Shown here piece by piece: positions 63,526 to 64,000 of a DNA stretch of 64,000 bases. Positions within the stretch are counted from its first letter, which is position 1, and the number at the start of each line of letters is the position of its first letter. The notes beneath the pieces were generated by a model. The model searched no databases and was not told the origin of the DNA. It saw nothing but the letters and a program-made list of their open reading frames with translations. The DNA is from Hypanus sabinus (taxonomy: Eukaryota): assembly GCF_030144855.1 (NCBI RefSeq), contig NC_082722.1:44454001-44518000 (forward strand). The letters are read 5' to 3'. A program made the position numbers and the translations under genes.

Positions 63526-64000
63526 CAGACCATATTCATTTTGCTCTGATTCCGTTTGTGAAATTTACATCTTTCAGCAATGACCAGTGGTTTGGGGTTT
63601 AAATGCTGTTGGAGAGTGTCTACTATTTGCTTGAACGTTTTGACAGCTGGCTTTTCAGGGGTTAACAAGCTCCGTAGCAGCCTATATGTTTTTGCTCCCA
63701 TAATACTGAGTAGACGCTGCTTTCTTTTTATCATTAACATCGTTAGCATCACAATATAACTCCACTCTTTAAATGTAAATTGCCCAGTCTTCAATGCCAA
63801 GATCAAATGCTGTAATGGTTCCAATCATCGCCATCTTTGTTATGTTAACTTAGCCCCATTTTGACTCACATGTCCTTTTTGCTATCACCACGAGCGCACT
63901 CCCTCCAGATGTGTGTGTTGTGCCTTTTTATCTCCCTTCTGAGGCAGGCAGACCGTCAGCCCCAGGGGGTCAGCGCCAGCTGTGGTCTAGCCTGGATGTG

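Larger units (their letters stand above)
56199..64000 (-). mobile_element. Older non-autonomous Gypsy carrying SUDS3 mRNA; 5' LTR not seen in the window; hosts further insertions
   Basis: 3' LTR 56199-56439 (TG..CA), PPT at 56440-56452, integrase tail RRYPERQRRP at ~56669-56698, protease [12 protein letters not shown] at ~57330-57380, gag pieces at 58200-58720 and 63526-63833. Confidence 0.8.

Noticed and set aside
1-64000. CRISPR arrays, tRNA/rRNA genes or prokaryotic systems
   Set aside because: None seen. The tRNA-like pieces are SINE heads and retroelement primer-binding sites.

Overview
Eukaryotic, repeat-dense vertebrate DNA. The repeat mix (CR1 and Rex1/Babar LINEs, HE1-like V-SINEs, Penelope hairpins, Gypsy elements) suggests a cartilaginous fish, probably a ray; this is inference. 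All family assignments come from recognising motifs by eye, with no database search. Two host genes lie on the + strand. (1) A complete 7-exon POP4/RPP29 gene (CDS 8279-35902, 224 aa). (2) A B7-H6/NCR3LG1-like Ig-superfamily gene with leader, V, C1 and TM exons, followed by an unusual extra C1-type Ig exon AFTER the TM; it starts at 40584 and appears to continue beyond the window. The most striking results are two independent non-autonomous Gypsy LTR elements in introns of that gene, each with the middle of pol replaced by host coding sequence. One is a young two-LTR element (41898-45865) carrying a scrambled MYH16-like myosin-tail mosaic fused in frame to RT. The other is an older element (56199->64000) carrying the intronless 3' half of SUDS3. 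Also present: an ERV env remnant, a Penelope-type hammerhead ribozyme, ISRE motifs around the Ig-gene leader, hAT and pogo DNA transposons, multi-level nested insertions and one 139-N assembly gap.
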